A stretch of DNA of 64,000 nt. Source: a virus (lineage: Duplodnaviria > Caudoviricetes). Location: positions 1-64,000 of IMG/VR virus record IMGVR_UViG_3300042900_000746, one strand, 5' to 3'. The notes below the pieces were generated by a model. The model made no database searches. It worked only from the letters and a program-made list of their open reading frames with translations, and was not told the DNA's origin. The position numbers and the translations under genes are program-made. Of the stretch, positions 1-8,154 are shown in pieces. The first letter of the stretch is position 1. Each line of letters starts with the position of its first letter.

Positions 1-2
1 TC

Positions 3-743
3 CTATTTATAGTTATTTTGCACATAAACAGGATACGTTTCATCTATCTCATAATACTTTAGGGGAAATCTATCAAATGGATCTATTCCCTTTTCAATCC
101 TATGCTTAATAGTTTCTAAAGACTTGTATTCATTTTCATTATATTCTGTATGCGCAAATGATTCTATCTTATATATAATATTATTAATATCTGAAAAATA
201 AGAAAAGTGCCAACCAGCGTTGGGTACTCTTGGCAAAAGTGCTTCTCTCATTTTTTGTGGACTATTTTTTTTCAACTCCGAGTATTTCAACGCAACTGGT
301 CTAGCAGTTTGGTTGCAGTGATCTGGAACCTGCCAATTAAAATTCCAAAAATATTGCCTATTATCTAAAGCTACAGGTTTTTTTATATTTTTTAATTTCT
401 GTATAACAGATGATTTAATAATTTCATCCACATCAGATATTAAAATTATGTCATTCTTTTTAGCAAAAGATAAACCATCCATGATGGCGTTTCGTTGAAA
501 GTATTCTCTCTCCCAAGAAGTCATTTCATCTTTTGGAAAATCAACCTTTATTTTAATTATTTTATCCAAAAATGGATTTATCCATTCACCTATATCTTCT
601 AAATAGAAGGGCTTGCTATTGCCAGTAAAGGTTTTAGATGCCTCTACAATTACGAATGAATCAACACAAGAGTATAATTCGTGCAAGCGGATCTTTAGCA
701 TTTGTTCTTCATTAAAATACGTAAAGCAATCAAATATTTTCAT
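3..743 (-). CDS. Glycosyltransferase family 17-like (beta-1,4-GlcNAc transferase/MGAT3-like)
   Basis: N-terminal IFDCFTYFNE..L..RL.EL...VD.FVIVE...TFTG..KP, WERE..QRN, SDVDEI (DxD) and GWHFSY..K..SFAH are GT17 motifs. Confidence 0.85.
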   Translation of the reverse strand: MKIFDCFTYFNEEQMLKIRLHELYSCVDSFVIVEASKTFTGNSKPFYLEDIGEWINPFLDKIIKIKVDFPKDEMTSWEREYFQRNAIMDGLSFAKKNDIILISDVDEIIKSSVIQKLKNIKKPVALDNRQYFWNFNWQVPDHCNQTARPVALKYSELKKNSPQKMREALLPRVPNAGWHFSYFSDINNIIYKIESFAHTEYNENEYKSLETIKHRIEKGIDPFDRFPLKYYEIDETYPVYVQNNYK

Positions 744-1188
744 ACACTAATACATTCTCATTTTTAAACATTGAATATCTTTTAATTTCAGTTTCCACTT
801 GTGCGTTAATAGTTAGATATTTTCCAAGATCATTTGCCCAAACACCTGGATTTACCACCATTGCAAAACCGCCAGGTTTTAAAAAGCTTTTGATCTGACG
901 GGCTACCATATCTGTGTCGTCGTTCAAAAGTTCTGGATCATAATTAAATGAAATAAATAAATCACAAATTGATTCACCAAAATATGTACCGTTTATACCA
1001 GCTTCCCAGTACTTACACTCGTCGTTAGAGAGATAATTTCCTCTTTCAGTATGCATCATAAAAGCGCCAATACCATGTTTAGGCATGTGTAAAACATCTA
1101 ACAATTCTTTGCTATGGCCATAAAGAGTCGTAAATGTTCTTTGTGGAAACACATCTCTAATTATATGTGCTACGTAGTCCCAATCCAC
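730..1188 (-). CDS. Degenerate SAM-methyltransferase-fold protein, leaderless GTG start
   Basis: LKPGG motif after a helix, as in class I MTases; no clear GxGxG; TGTTATAAT lies 7 nt upstream of the GTG. Confidence 0.5.
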   Translation of the reverse strand: MDWDYVAHIIRDVFPQRTFTTLYGHSKELLDVLHMPKHGIGAFMMHTERGNYLSNDECKYWEAGINGTYFGESICDLFISFNYDPELLNDDTDMVARQIKSFLKPGGFAMVVNPGVWANDLGKYLTINAQVETEIKRYSMFKNENVLVYENI

Positions 1189-1195
1189 GATATGT

Positions 1196-1204
1196 ATTAT
1201 AACA
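1196..1204 (-). promoter_or_regulatory. Extended -10 promoter TGTTATAAT, leaderless
   Basis: Minus strand reads TGT TATAAT ACATATC GTG; the start codon falls at the expected TSS. Confidence 0.55.
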
Positions 1205-1736
1205 CAGGCTTACGGGCGTCGACTTTGAGCCAGCCCCATTCATCTCCACGCTTAACATCTAATATTTCAAAACCCATTTTTTCAAAGTCGTCTTGCAACA
1301 TTCTATGCGTTAAGCCCACAAAGTGAAAGTCAAAAGGATTAAGTTGTTCCGCAAAAAAGATTTGCTGCATTCTTCTGTCTCCATCGAGAGAGTCCATAGA
1401 GATTAATTGATTACAGGCTAGAATAAAGTCTGGGACTTCTATTCTGATCATGCCACCTGGCTTAACAATTCTACACCACTCAGCTAATACTGATTGATAT
1501 TCTTTCCAAGGAAAATGTTCTAGACATTCAGAGTTATAAACTATGTCAGCGTAATTATCTGGAAGATTGATTTTTCGTGCATCGCAAACTACGTCTACTG
1601 GGACAAAAGTTTTATTTACATGATCATATAATGGTGTTGGATCTATATCTATATGCATCCAGTCTGAACCTAGGTATGTTCTGGTACCAATTACGACTTT
1701 TATGCCATTACCTTGTGGTATTGTTTCTAATCTCAT
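1197..1736 (-). CDS. Class I SAM-dependent methyltransferase (Methyltransf_11-like)
   Basis: HIDID, CDARKINLPDNYAD, SECLEH, EWCRIVKPGG..RIEVPD. Confidence 0.85.
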   Translation of the reverse strand: MRLETIPQGNGIKVVIGTRTYLGSDWMHIDIDPTPLYDHVNKTFVPVDVVCDARKINLPDNYADIVYNSECLEHFPWKEYQSVLAEWCRIVKPGGMIRIEVPDFILACNQLISMDSLDGDRRMQQIFFAEQLNPFDFHFVGLTHRMLQDDFEKMGFEILDVKRGDEWGWLKVDARKPVL

Positions 1737-2597
1737 TTAAATTATTCTTCCTCGATAAAGATTTTGCCAACGTGGGACCTTGATAATATCTACTTCGCGC
1801 CCCAAAGCTGCTATATAAATTGTTTCTGGACTCTCATTTAACCCTTTAAGCTCAGGTTGCAACTGATACCATTCCTCCATGTAATGGGAAGTCCAATCTT
1901 CAAACCTAGTTACGTTAGGGCTATGGTAGGTTACATGCGGGCCTACAAAGTATTTATTCCATTTATTCACCCAGTTAACTACGCCTGCATTAATTCTTTC
2001 CTGTGCATCAGGATTTCTAGTGCTTGTGGCGTCGTGAGAGACTACTACTGATGGATCAGCTACTATCTTCCAGCCACCTAATCTTATTCTAGTCTGGAAA
2101 TCAACTTCTTCTTGATGCCCGATCTCTGTATCAAATCCACCGATTTCTTTGTATCGTTGACGATTTAAAATCCAACAAAATCCAACACCCCATAATATTT
2201 CCATATATCTTGTACGCTGTATAGGGTAAGCTCCACCATTAGGAAAAGCCATAGCGACTTCATGATTAGATTCTAGATAACTAGCCAATTTCTCATCCCA
2301 ACCACGAGTAATAGCATACGCATCGTTGTCAAGATAGCCGACATTGTTAGTCTCTGCCCACTCCAGTATTTGATTGACTGCTCCGACATATCCACTATTG
2401 TGATCTAGAAATCTTGGAATGATTCTTGAATCTTCACTAGCGTGTCTTTCAATAACTTCTCTGACACCTGGGTCAGTTGAGGCGTTGTCGACAACTAGAA
2501 AACGCCAATCAGAAGTAGAATTTTCTCTCATATTAATGAGCATCATATTTAACTTCTGAGGATTATTATAACTAGCAGTGCCCATATCTATTCTCAT
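1737..2597 (-). CDS. Glycosyltransferase family 2
   Basis: VVDNASTD, N.GY.GA.N, LDND (DxD), IGGFD, EEVDF; start moved to MRIDMG because of an ATGA overlap with the upstream stop. Confidence 0.85.
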   Translation of the reverse strand: MRIDMGTASYNNPQKLNMMLINMRENSTSDWRFLVVDNASTDPGVREVIERHASEDSRIIPRFLDHNSGYVGAVNQILEWAETNNVGYLDNDAYAITRGWDEKLASYLESNHEVAMAFPNGGAYPIQRTRYMEILWGVGFCWILNRQRYKEIGGFDTEIGHQEEVDFQTRIRLGGWKIVADPSVVVSHDATSTRNPDAQERINAGVVNWVNKWNKYFVGPHVTYHSPNVTRFEDWTSHYMEEWYQLQPELKGLNESPETIYIAALGREVDIIKVPRWQNLYRGRII

Positions 2598-3331
2598 GGC
2601 TTCACCCACCACTGTCCGTTTTCATGGCGTACAAAACCTATTCTTACTAACATAGGATCCCATTCCCATTCATATTTATTATTAATGGCTAGGTGCATCG
2701 GGATAGAATTTCCATGCTCAGCGTCGCCTATTCCGAATGCGTTATTAGGAATAAACACACCGTTTTTCTTTAGGCAATTAAAAATAGCTAAAGCCCATTC
2801 ATCTACGTTTACGACATGCTCGAGAAAATCTAGGGCGACAACACCGTCAAACTTATTGCTACCAATTGTTGGTGCAAAGCTATCAGTGAATAAAGTTTTG
2901 ATATCTAGATCAGGGCGCTTGCTAAATCGGTACTGTGCAAAGTTAGCTGTTTTACTATTTTCCAAATCATGGTATGTTGTCTTAATGCCCTGCTCGGCCA
3001 TTCGCAAACTAAGAGTTCCAATTCCATCACCAATGCTTAAAACATTCTTTTTTCCAGAATGAAATAAACCTAAGGAAATTCCCTCACACATACCCTTGTA
3101 ATTAAATCCCTCATCCAAGTGATACGCAGATAGTTCCCATATATATGAGTCTGTAGTTCTATACCAATTCAATAAAGAATTAGGATCGTCTACATTAGTG
3201 CTGTTGTCAATAAAATCTTTAGCCACTTCATGATGGTTCGCATGGAATCCAAGACTCAATCTATCTTTTGCATCTTTTAAACTTATTCCTAGAAATCCTG
3301 AAATAAGTTCTGCCTGGTTATCTATATTCAT
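2594..3331 (-). CDS. Class I SAM-dependent methyltransferase
   Basis: VLSIGDGIG motif I, FDGVVALDFLEHV, LKKNG; start MNIDNQ by ATGA overlap. Confidence 0.85.
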   Translation of the reverse strand: MNIDNQAELISGFLGISLKDAKDRLSLGFHANHHEVAKDFIDNSTNVDDPNSLLNWYRTTDSYIWELSAYHLDEGFNYKGMCEGISLGLFHSGKKNVLSIGDGIGTLSLRMAEQGIKTTYHDLENSKTANFAQYRFSKRPDLDIKTLFTDSFAPTIGSNKFDGVVALDFLEHVVNVDEWALAIFNCLKKNGVFIPNNAFGIGDAEHGNSIPMHLAINNKYEWEWDPMLVRIGFVRHENGQWWVKP

Positions 3332-4188
3332 TTTTTCACTTTCTCCCATAATAAATATGAGGACATTAATCCTTCTTCGTAGGAATCTATATACAATGAC
3401 TTACACCAAGTTGTATCTTTAGGTCTTGGAGCAATACCTTTAAAGTGCTCGTGAGATACACCTTTGATTATAGGGTTAATGCATCCGTGTACATTATACT
3501 TTAAATCTCGTGCTATAGCAAATCTGCTACACTTTATCGGAATGCCTAAATGAACTATTTTTTCTTTAGCGTTCTTAAAATCTAAAGCTCTATTCCAAAG
3601 AATCTTTGCGGCATCTTGTGCAAACAGTGGAGAAAAAAATCGATCATCAACTTGGAGCTGCACTTCATCTTCTATCATTGATTCTAAAGGATTCTTGCGA
3701 CCAATATCTTGGAAAGGTCTTACTCCAATTACGAAAGTTAATCTACATATTTCTGTATTTTGATGAGCTAAAACTATATGTTCAGCAGTTAGTTTTTGTT
3801 TTCCATAATGAGTTAGAGGATGCGCTATATCAGTAGTATTGTAGCATGAGTTATCTCCGCTAAAAATACCCTGAGTACTTCCTTGTATCAAGTACTTATT
3901 ATTCTTCGTTACCCATGTGCATAATGTTTTAACTAAATCAACATTTACGCTTACATATTTTTGTGGATCCGATTCAACTACATCAACTCTATTCTCTCCA
4001 GCTAAATTGATAATTACATCTGGATTTATAATGTCTAAATCTTTCCGAACATCTTGATGATCAACATCTATCCCATACCATCCGGGACTAGAAGTCTTTC
4101 TTGAATAAATTACTTCAACATCTTTTGGCTCATTAATTTTCATATGCTGACCGACAACACCGCCAGCACCTAATATAAGAACTTTCAT
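3328..4188 (-). CDS. RmlD-like NDP-sugar reductase (dTDP-4-dehydrorhamnose reductase family SDR)
   Basis: MKVLILGAGGVVG Rossmann motif, PDVIINLA, YGKQK (YxxxK), PRP; RBS AAGGA before ATG 4188. The longer ORF-track start overlaps the tRNA. Confidence 0.8.
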   Translation of the reverse strand: MKVLILGAGGVVGQHMKINEPKDVEVIYSRKTSSPGWYGIDVDHQDVRKDLDIINPDVIINLAGENRVDVVESDPQKYVSVNVDLVKTLCTWVTKNNKYLIQGSTQGIFSGDNSCYNTTDIAHPLTHYGKQKLTAEHIVLAHQNTEICRLTFVIGVRPFQDIGRKNPLESMIEDEVQLQVDDRFFSPLFAQDAAKILWNRALDFKNAKEKIVHLGIPIKCSRFAIARDLKYNVHGCINPIIKGVSHEHFKGIAPRPKDTTWCKSLYIDSYEEGLMSSYLLWEKVKK

Positions 4189-4212
4189 ATTTCCTTCTTT
4201 AAAAATAGTATT

Positions 4213-4306
4213 TGGCGGAGAGGGTGGGATTTGAACCCACGGACATTTTTTCAAACGTCGACATCTTAGCAGGATGTTCCATTCAACCGAACTCTGGCAC
4301 CTCTCC
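4213..4306 (-). tRNA. tRNA-Ser (anticodon GCT), CCA encoded
   Basis: Acceptor GGAGAGG/CCTCTCC-G-CCA, anticodon arm ACATC-CTGCTAA-GATGT, long variable arm, T arm GTGGG-TTCAAAT-CCCAC, G discriminator. Confidence 0.93.
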
Positions 4307-4314
4307 TAAATTTA

Positions 4315-5073
4315 TTAGGAAACTATACCAGGTTTTTCCACATCTTCTGACATTCTAGTTCTACTCCATGCTCCGCATGAGTTGCAGTACCACTGTTGGT
4401 ACGTTGCTACTTGAGTGTATCGTTGTCCACGACGCTGCAAATCATCTGATCCACATATTGGGCAACAGCTTTCTCCTGAATATACATTGAGATTTGGATG
4501 ATTAGCCATCCATGGTCTCAGCTTCATGTAAACATTTCTCAATAGATCCACATCTTGTTTGGCATACTTTGTCATAGTCTTCCATGCCTTCATGTCTCCA
4601 CGCATGCATCCAGCCCATGTAGCAAAGCCGCCCGTATCCACCTTGGCACCTACGCCCAAGTGCTTGCCTAAGTTATCTAGTTTATTACTATTGAACATAA
4701 AGTATCTTCTAGCAGATTTTAATGTATCAATTTGTTTTACTGGCGAGACCGGTCCTAGATTGTGGTAAACAAATCTTGCATTTGCTTTACGCATATCGAA
4801 TCTATCTCCATTATGAGCAATAACGATATCAGCTTCATCTAAGAGGTCCCATAACTTCTTTGCAACATGTATATCATTTTCTGGGTCTTTAGCATAGGTG
4901 TCTGGGAAATCTACGAGAGCACAGACTTGTGTTTTATTTTCATGTTCCCATCTATATGAGACGCACAGTAAATACCATTCGCGTTCATGTTCAATAACAT
5001 TTTGTTCAAAGTGACCCCAAACATAACTCAAGTTTGGTGCAGTTTCTATATCATAATAAAGTATCTTTGCCAT
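4315..5073 (-). CDS. DnaQ/RNase H-like 3'-5' exonuclease with C-terminal Zn ribbon
   Basis: YDIET (ExoI), AHNGDRFD (ExoII), YAKQDV (ExoIII), CPICG...CNSCG. Confidence 0.85.
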   Translation of the reverse strand: MAKILYYDIETAPNLSYVWGHFEQNVIEHEREWYLLCVSYRWEHENKTQVCALVDFPDTYAKDPENDIHVAKKLWDLLDEADIVIAHNGDRFDMRKANARFVYHNLGPVSPVKQIDTLKSARRYFMFNSNKLDNLGKHLGVGAKVDTGGFATWAGCMRGDMKAWKTMTKYAKQDVDLLRNVYMKLRPWMANHPNLNVYSGESCCPICGSDDLQRRGQRYTQVATYQQWYCNSCGAWSRTRMSEDVEKPGIVS

Positions 5074-5117
5074 ATGTACCTGTTTCAGTCTGGCTTATGT
5101 ATTTAATCGCTGTAATC

Positions 5118-5126
5118 ATTATAACA
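5118..5126 (-). promoter_or_regulatory. Extended -10 promoter TGTTATAAT
   Basis: Intergenic, about 45 nt upstream of the exonuclease start. Confidence 0.55.
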
Positions 5127-5130
5127 CAAA

Positions 5131-5169
5131 TGGTGGTGCAGTGCTCTCTAAAGTCACACCACACCACCA
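5131..5169 (-). terminator. Stem-loop, probable terminator
   Basis: Minus strand TGGTGGTGTGGTG...CACTGCACCACCA forms a 13-bp stem with two G-U pairs, followed by TTTG, just after the 5185 stop. Confidence 0.45.
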
Positions 5170-5184
5170 CTTTATAATAGTAAT

Positions 5185-5394
5185 TTATTTATTAACTGTT
5201 TTTAAAATTAAAAAGAATAATTTCTGTAGTTGTTCTTCGGTAGTGCTGAAAATCATTTCTTGATTATCTCCAAACGTCAATTTTATCACATGCCCCTTGA
5301 TTAATCCGCCCTCTGTTGTTATCATTGAAGTTGATGGAGTAATTTCTATATTCTTCATTGCTGGCATAAAACCAGCAAAGGTCATATCATCCAT
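5185..5394 (-). CDS. Hypothetical protein
   Basis: 69-aa ORF coupled to the upstream gene by TAATG overlap. Confidence 0.7.
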   Translation of the reverse strand: MDDMTFAGFMPAMKNIEITPSTSMITTEGGLIKGHVIKLTFGDNQEMIFSTTEEQLQKLFFLILKTVNK

Positions 5395-5666
5395 TATTTT
5401 TTCTTCTTAAGAGTTGATACATTTCTTGGAGCTTGCCCTTTAGCCCCTTTGACTGGCGTGCCTTGTGCTCTTTTTCTTTGTACTGCACTCTTTCTTTGTG
5501 CGGGCGAAAGCGCATTTGCTTTTGCTACCGGTAAACACTTAGCATATCCGCCACCCTTACCAGAGGTTCCACAGGGTTGCCACTTACCATTCTTCTTAGG
5601 TGCACCAATGTTAACCCATTTTTGATTAAACCATTTAGTTAAGCCTACACCTTTTGGGCCAGCCAT
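5394..5666 (-). CDS. Small basic protein (phage family with L.KWF...WV, PCG, KCLP motifs)
   Basis: Lys-rich, ends KKKK; motif pattern recalled from aquatic phage hypothetical proteins. Confidence 0.75.
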   Translation of the reverse strand: MAGPKGVGLTKWFNQKWVNIGAPKKNGKWQPCGTSGKGGGYAKCLPVAKANALSPAQRKSAVQRKRAQGTPVKGAKGQAPRNVSTLKKKK

Positions 5667-5672
5667 ATTATA

Positions 5673-5849
5673 TCATTTCTTTTTTCTGGGAGCTGAAGTA
5701 GTTTTCCACGACCCGCCCATTGCTTTGTATTTTTTAGCCGCCCAAGCATTTGCATATGCTGAAGGATAGACATCAAACTTTGATTTTGCTTGCGACTTAG
5801 CTTGACTCCATAGCTTTGGATTCTTTGGAACATTTCTTTTCTCTGCCAT
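5673..5849 (-). CDS. Small basic protein, 58 aa (MAEKRNVPKNPKLWSQAKSQAKSKFDVYPSAYANAWAAKKYKAMGGSWKTTSAPRKKK); not in ORF track
   Basis: Translated by hand; YPSAYA..W..K.YK..GG.W motif recalled from aquatic phages (DUF5872-like); TAATG overlap with upstream stop. Confidence 0.75.
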   Translation of the reverse strand: MAEKRNVPKNPKLWSQAKSQAKSKFDVYPSAYANAWAAKKYKAMGGSWKTTSAPRKKK

Positions 5850-5965
5850 TACTTTTTTCTTTTCTTTAAATTTTTTTCATAATCATCTTTATAAAACTGA
5901 CCTTTGTTTTTTTTATCTTTTTCAATTTCTTTTTTAATTTTATCAGATGCTTTTTTGGCTGTCAT
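5849..5965 (-). CDS. Small charged protein, 38 aa (MTAKKASDKIKKEIEKDKKNKGQFYKDDYEKNLKKRKK); not in ORF track
   Basis: Fills the gap between flanking genes exactly and is translationally coupled to the downstream gene. Confidence 0.6.
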   Translation of the reverse strand: MTAKKASDKIKKEIEKDKKNKGQFYKDDYEKNLKKRKK

Positions 5966-5967
5966 AA

Positions 5968-6273
5968 TTAGCTTCTATCTTGATCGTAAATCTGATATCC
6001 GCTATCTGTAGGCTTTGTTTCCTTGTCCTTCAAACCGTTTGCTGCGAGAACTCCTGACAAACATCCGGAAAGGAATAGAACTATTGGAACTAACAAGGAA
6101 TCAATAAAAGCTTTGTCATTGGGACTCTGTTGGTCAATCGGCTGAGTAACGAATACTAAAGCATACATTACGCCACAAACAATGACTGTAAATGTAAATG
6201 CTAAAGTCGCACCCACAAATAAAACCATACGAGCTTTTATTTCACTATTTGTATATCTTTTCTTTTCATTCAT
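5968..6273 (-). CDS. Two-TM membrane protein
   Basis: Two hydrophobic helices; start MNEKKR by ATGA overlap with the lipoprotein stop. Confidence 0.75.
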   Translation of the reverse strand: MNEKKRYTNSEIKARMVLFVGATLAFTFTVIVCGVMYALVFVTQPIDQQSPNDKAFIDSLLVPIVLFLSGCLSGVLAANGLKDKETKPTDSGYQIYDQDRS

Positions 6274-6461
6274 TGAGGTACACTCCCGTATATATCTTCT
6301 GGACATGTTCCAGAAGCTGTACAAATTGGTGGTTTACAATCCGCACTCTCCCAATTAGCTGGATCTTGACATGGATATCTATACGAATCGTTACATCCGC
6401 TTAATAATCCCATGCAAAATGCACCTAACACAGCTGCTAATAGTAAAATTACTTTACGCAT
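6270..6461 (-). CDS. Small Cys-rich lipoprotein
   Basis: MRK + hydrophobic stretch + lipobox LSGC, four further Cys; TGATG overlap with the endolysin stop. Confidence 0.7.
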   Translation of the reverse strand: MRKVILLLAAVLGAFCMGLLSGCNDSYRYPCQDPANWESADCKPPICTASGTCPEDIYGSVPQ

Positions 6462-7273
6462 CAGCCAAACATCTTCTTCCAAGTAACGGGACCCACAGAG
6501 CCGTCAGCAGTTAAGCCGTTAGCAGTCTGCCATGCCTTAAGTGAGGCAACAGACTTGGGTCCGAAATCACCATCAGCTTTTGCTCCGATGACTGCCTGAA
6601 CGAGCATAGCAGATGCGCCTTTTGAGCCGAGTCCAACTGGAGTTCCTGGGTATTCAAATACCATTGGGCCAGCTTCTACTGCGCCACCAGATGGCTTTAA
6701 AGCCTCTGCTGAAACTTGCACAGAGCCATCAGGCGAAGCGTCACCTAGTGCATACTGCCAGTGCCAAGCTTCGAATTCTTTAGAGGCTGCGTTATTACCT
6801 TGTAGGTAGAAACCATACTTTGGTGCATTGGCGCACATCCACTCAAAACATTTTCCACCCATTGAGGTGAGTTTGCCATTGGCGTCATAGCCAAGGTCAA
6901 TTGCTAGTCCCCAGCCGTGATTGGAACCCTTAAGGCCAGTTGGGTCTGGGGCAGCTGAGGGAGCTTTGCCCTTCTTCAACCACCAAGTCTTACCCTCATA
7001 TTGACGAGTAACACCAGTGCCAGTGTCAGTTGTTACATAGCGATCCATAAACATTGACAACTGACCCTGGAATGAGCGGTAATCTCCAACGTTTTTAAGC
7101 TTAAAACCAGCAGCTAACGCAGCGTCGTACATCTTATTAAATTGTGCTGCGACTGGTGCATACATTTTTCCTCCAGTTTTTACTGAAGCGAGGACGCTTT
7201 CCGCTAATTGGCCATTCTTGTATTGCTTAAGGGCAGTTGGGACAACTAGTTTTATGTAAGGGTATTGACTCAT
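6461..7273 (-). CDS. Endolysin: M15 (VanY-like) Zn peptidase + C-terminal peptidoglycan-binding domain
   Basis: YRS..Q, SNHGWGLAID (SxHxxGxAxD), EAWH; DGDFGPKS...WQ..NGLTADG.VGP.TW (PG_binding_1). Confidence 0.9.
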   Translation of the reverse strand: MSQYPYIKLVVPTALKQYKNGQLAESVLASVKTGGKMYAPVAAQFNKMYDAALAAGFKLKNVGDYRSFQGQLSMFMDRYVTTDTGTGVTRQYEGKTWWLKKGKAPSAAPDPTGLKGSNHGWGLAIDLGYDANGKLTSMGGKCFEWMCANAPKYGFYLQGNNAASKEFEAWHWQYALGDASPDGSVQVSAEALKPSGGAVEAGPMVFEYPGTPVGLGSKGASAMLVQAVIGAKADGDFGPKSVASLKAWQTANGLTADGSVGPVTWKKMFG

Positions 7274-7315
7274 GTATTAATCTCCTATTTTCTTATTTAA
7301 TATAATAGTAATGTC

Positions 7316-7948
7316 TTATTTGAAACTTGGCCAGCCACCATTTATAAACCTAAAAGTTTTAAAAGCTTTATTAAAGTTTGATATCATTAAAGATCCGTTG
7401 TCTGCCATTGCAGGACTTACCTCTATATGTATATGACTAGCTCCAATGGTTTTCCCACCGTGAGCTAGATGGGCACTCGCGTCCCAAATTTTCCACCCAT
7501 AAAAATTTTCTGCTCCTTCTACTGGAGGCTTATTGGCTTGTCTGTCACATCGATAGCCAGCTCCAAACATATTTCTTTCCGTATATATTTCTGGAGGATC
7601 AGAAGTAGGGCGTACAAAATATGGAATAGCTGGTGTTTTAGTTCCTGGAACATATACTCCACAGTAATCATGTATTTCTTCTATGCCCAAACTATCTGGA
7701 ACACCTGATAAAAATCTTAACAAATTTATATTTAGATATCTAAAATCACCATCTGCTGGAACTATAGGGCCAACATCAAAAGCTCTACCCGTATAATGCA
7801 CAGACTTTATGTTAGTATTGAGTGTACCAAGAGGTTGCATTTGAAAATAATAGCAAATTCGATCATAGAGAGCTCGCACTCCAGGCCTAGATTTTTGTTT
7901 GCCAACTTTTACATCACTTGTACCAGTATAGGGTCTATTCTTTTTCAT
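7316..7948 (-). CDS. Hedgehog/DD-peptidase (M15-like) fold protein
   Basis: SVHYTGRAFD and HIHIE Zn-ligand pattern. Confidence 0.65.
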   Translation of the reverse strand: MKKNRPYTGTSDVKVGKQKSRPGVRALYDRICYYFQMQPLGTLNTNIKSVHYTGRAFDVGPIVPADGDFRYLNINLLRFLSGVPDSLGIEEIHDYCGVYVPGTKTPAIPYFVRPTSDPPEIYTERNMFGAGYRCDRQANKPPVEGAENFYGWKIWDASAHLAHGGKTIGASHIHIEVSPAMADNGSLMISNFNKAFKTFRFINGGWPSFK

Positions 7949-8154
7949 TTTTTCTTATTTTTATTAGTAATCTTTTTTAAAGTCTTCGCAAAATTTGCCT
8001 GTTGTACAGTTAATTTGCTGTACTTACCTGGATTTTTAGTAACTGCCGTAGCAAAACCTGCTGGAGTTTTACCAGCTTTTTTAGCTTTGGCAGTGAATGC
8101 TCCAGGTCTTTTAATGGCTTTTTGAATCCATTTTTTATCAGCTGGCTTTGCCAT
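7945..8154 (-). CDS. Small basic protein (KWIQKAIKRPGAF family)
   Basis: 69 aa, Lys/Ala-rich, ends KNKKK; ATGA overlap with the downstream gene. Confidence 0.75.
   Translation of the reverse strand: MAKPADKKWIQKAIKRPGAFTAKAKKAGKTPAGFATAVTKNPGKYSKLTVQQANFAKTLKKITNKNKKK

Noticed and set aside
4189-4254. N-terminal extension of the 308-aa ORF in the track
   Set aside because: It overlaps the tRNA-Ser gene; the real start is MKVLILG at 4188 with an RBS.
5645-5833. 62-aa minus-strand ORF in the track
   Set aside because: Wrong frame; the 5673-5849 frame has a recognisable motif and translational coupling.
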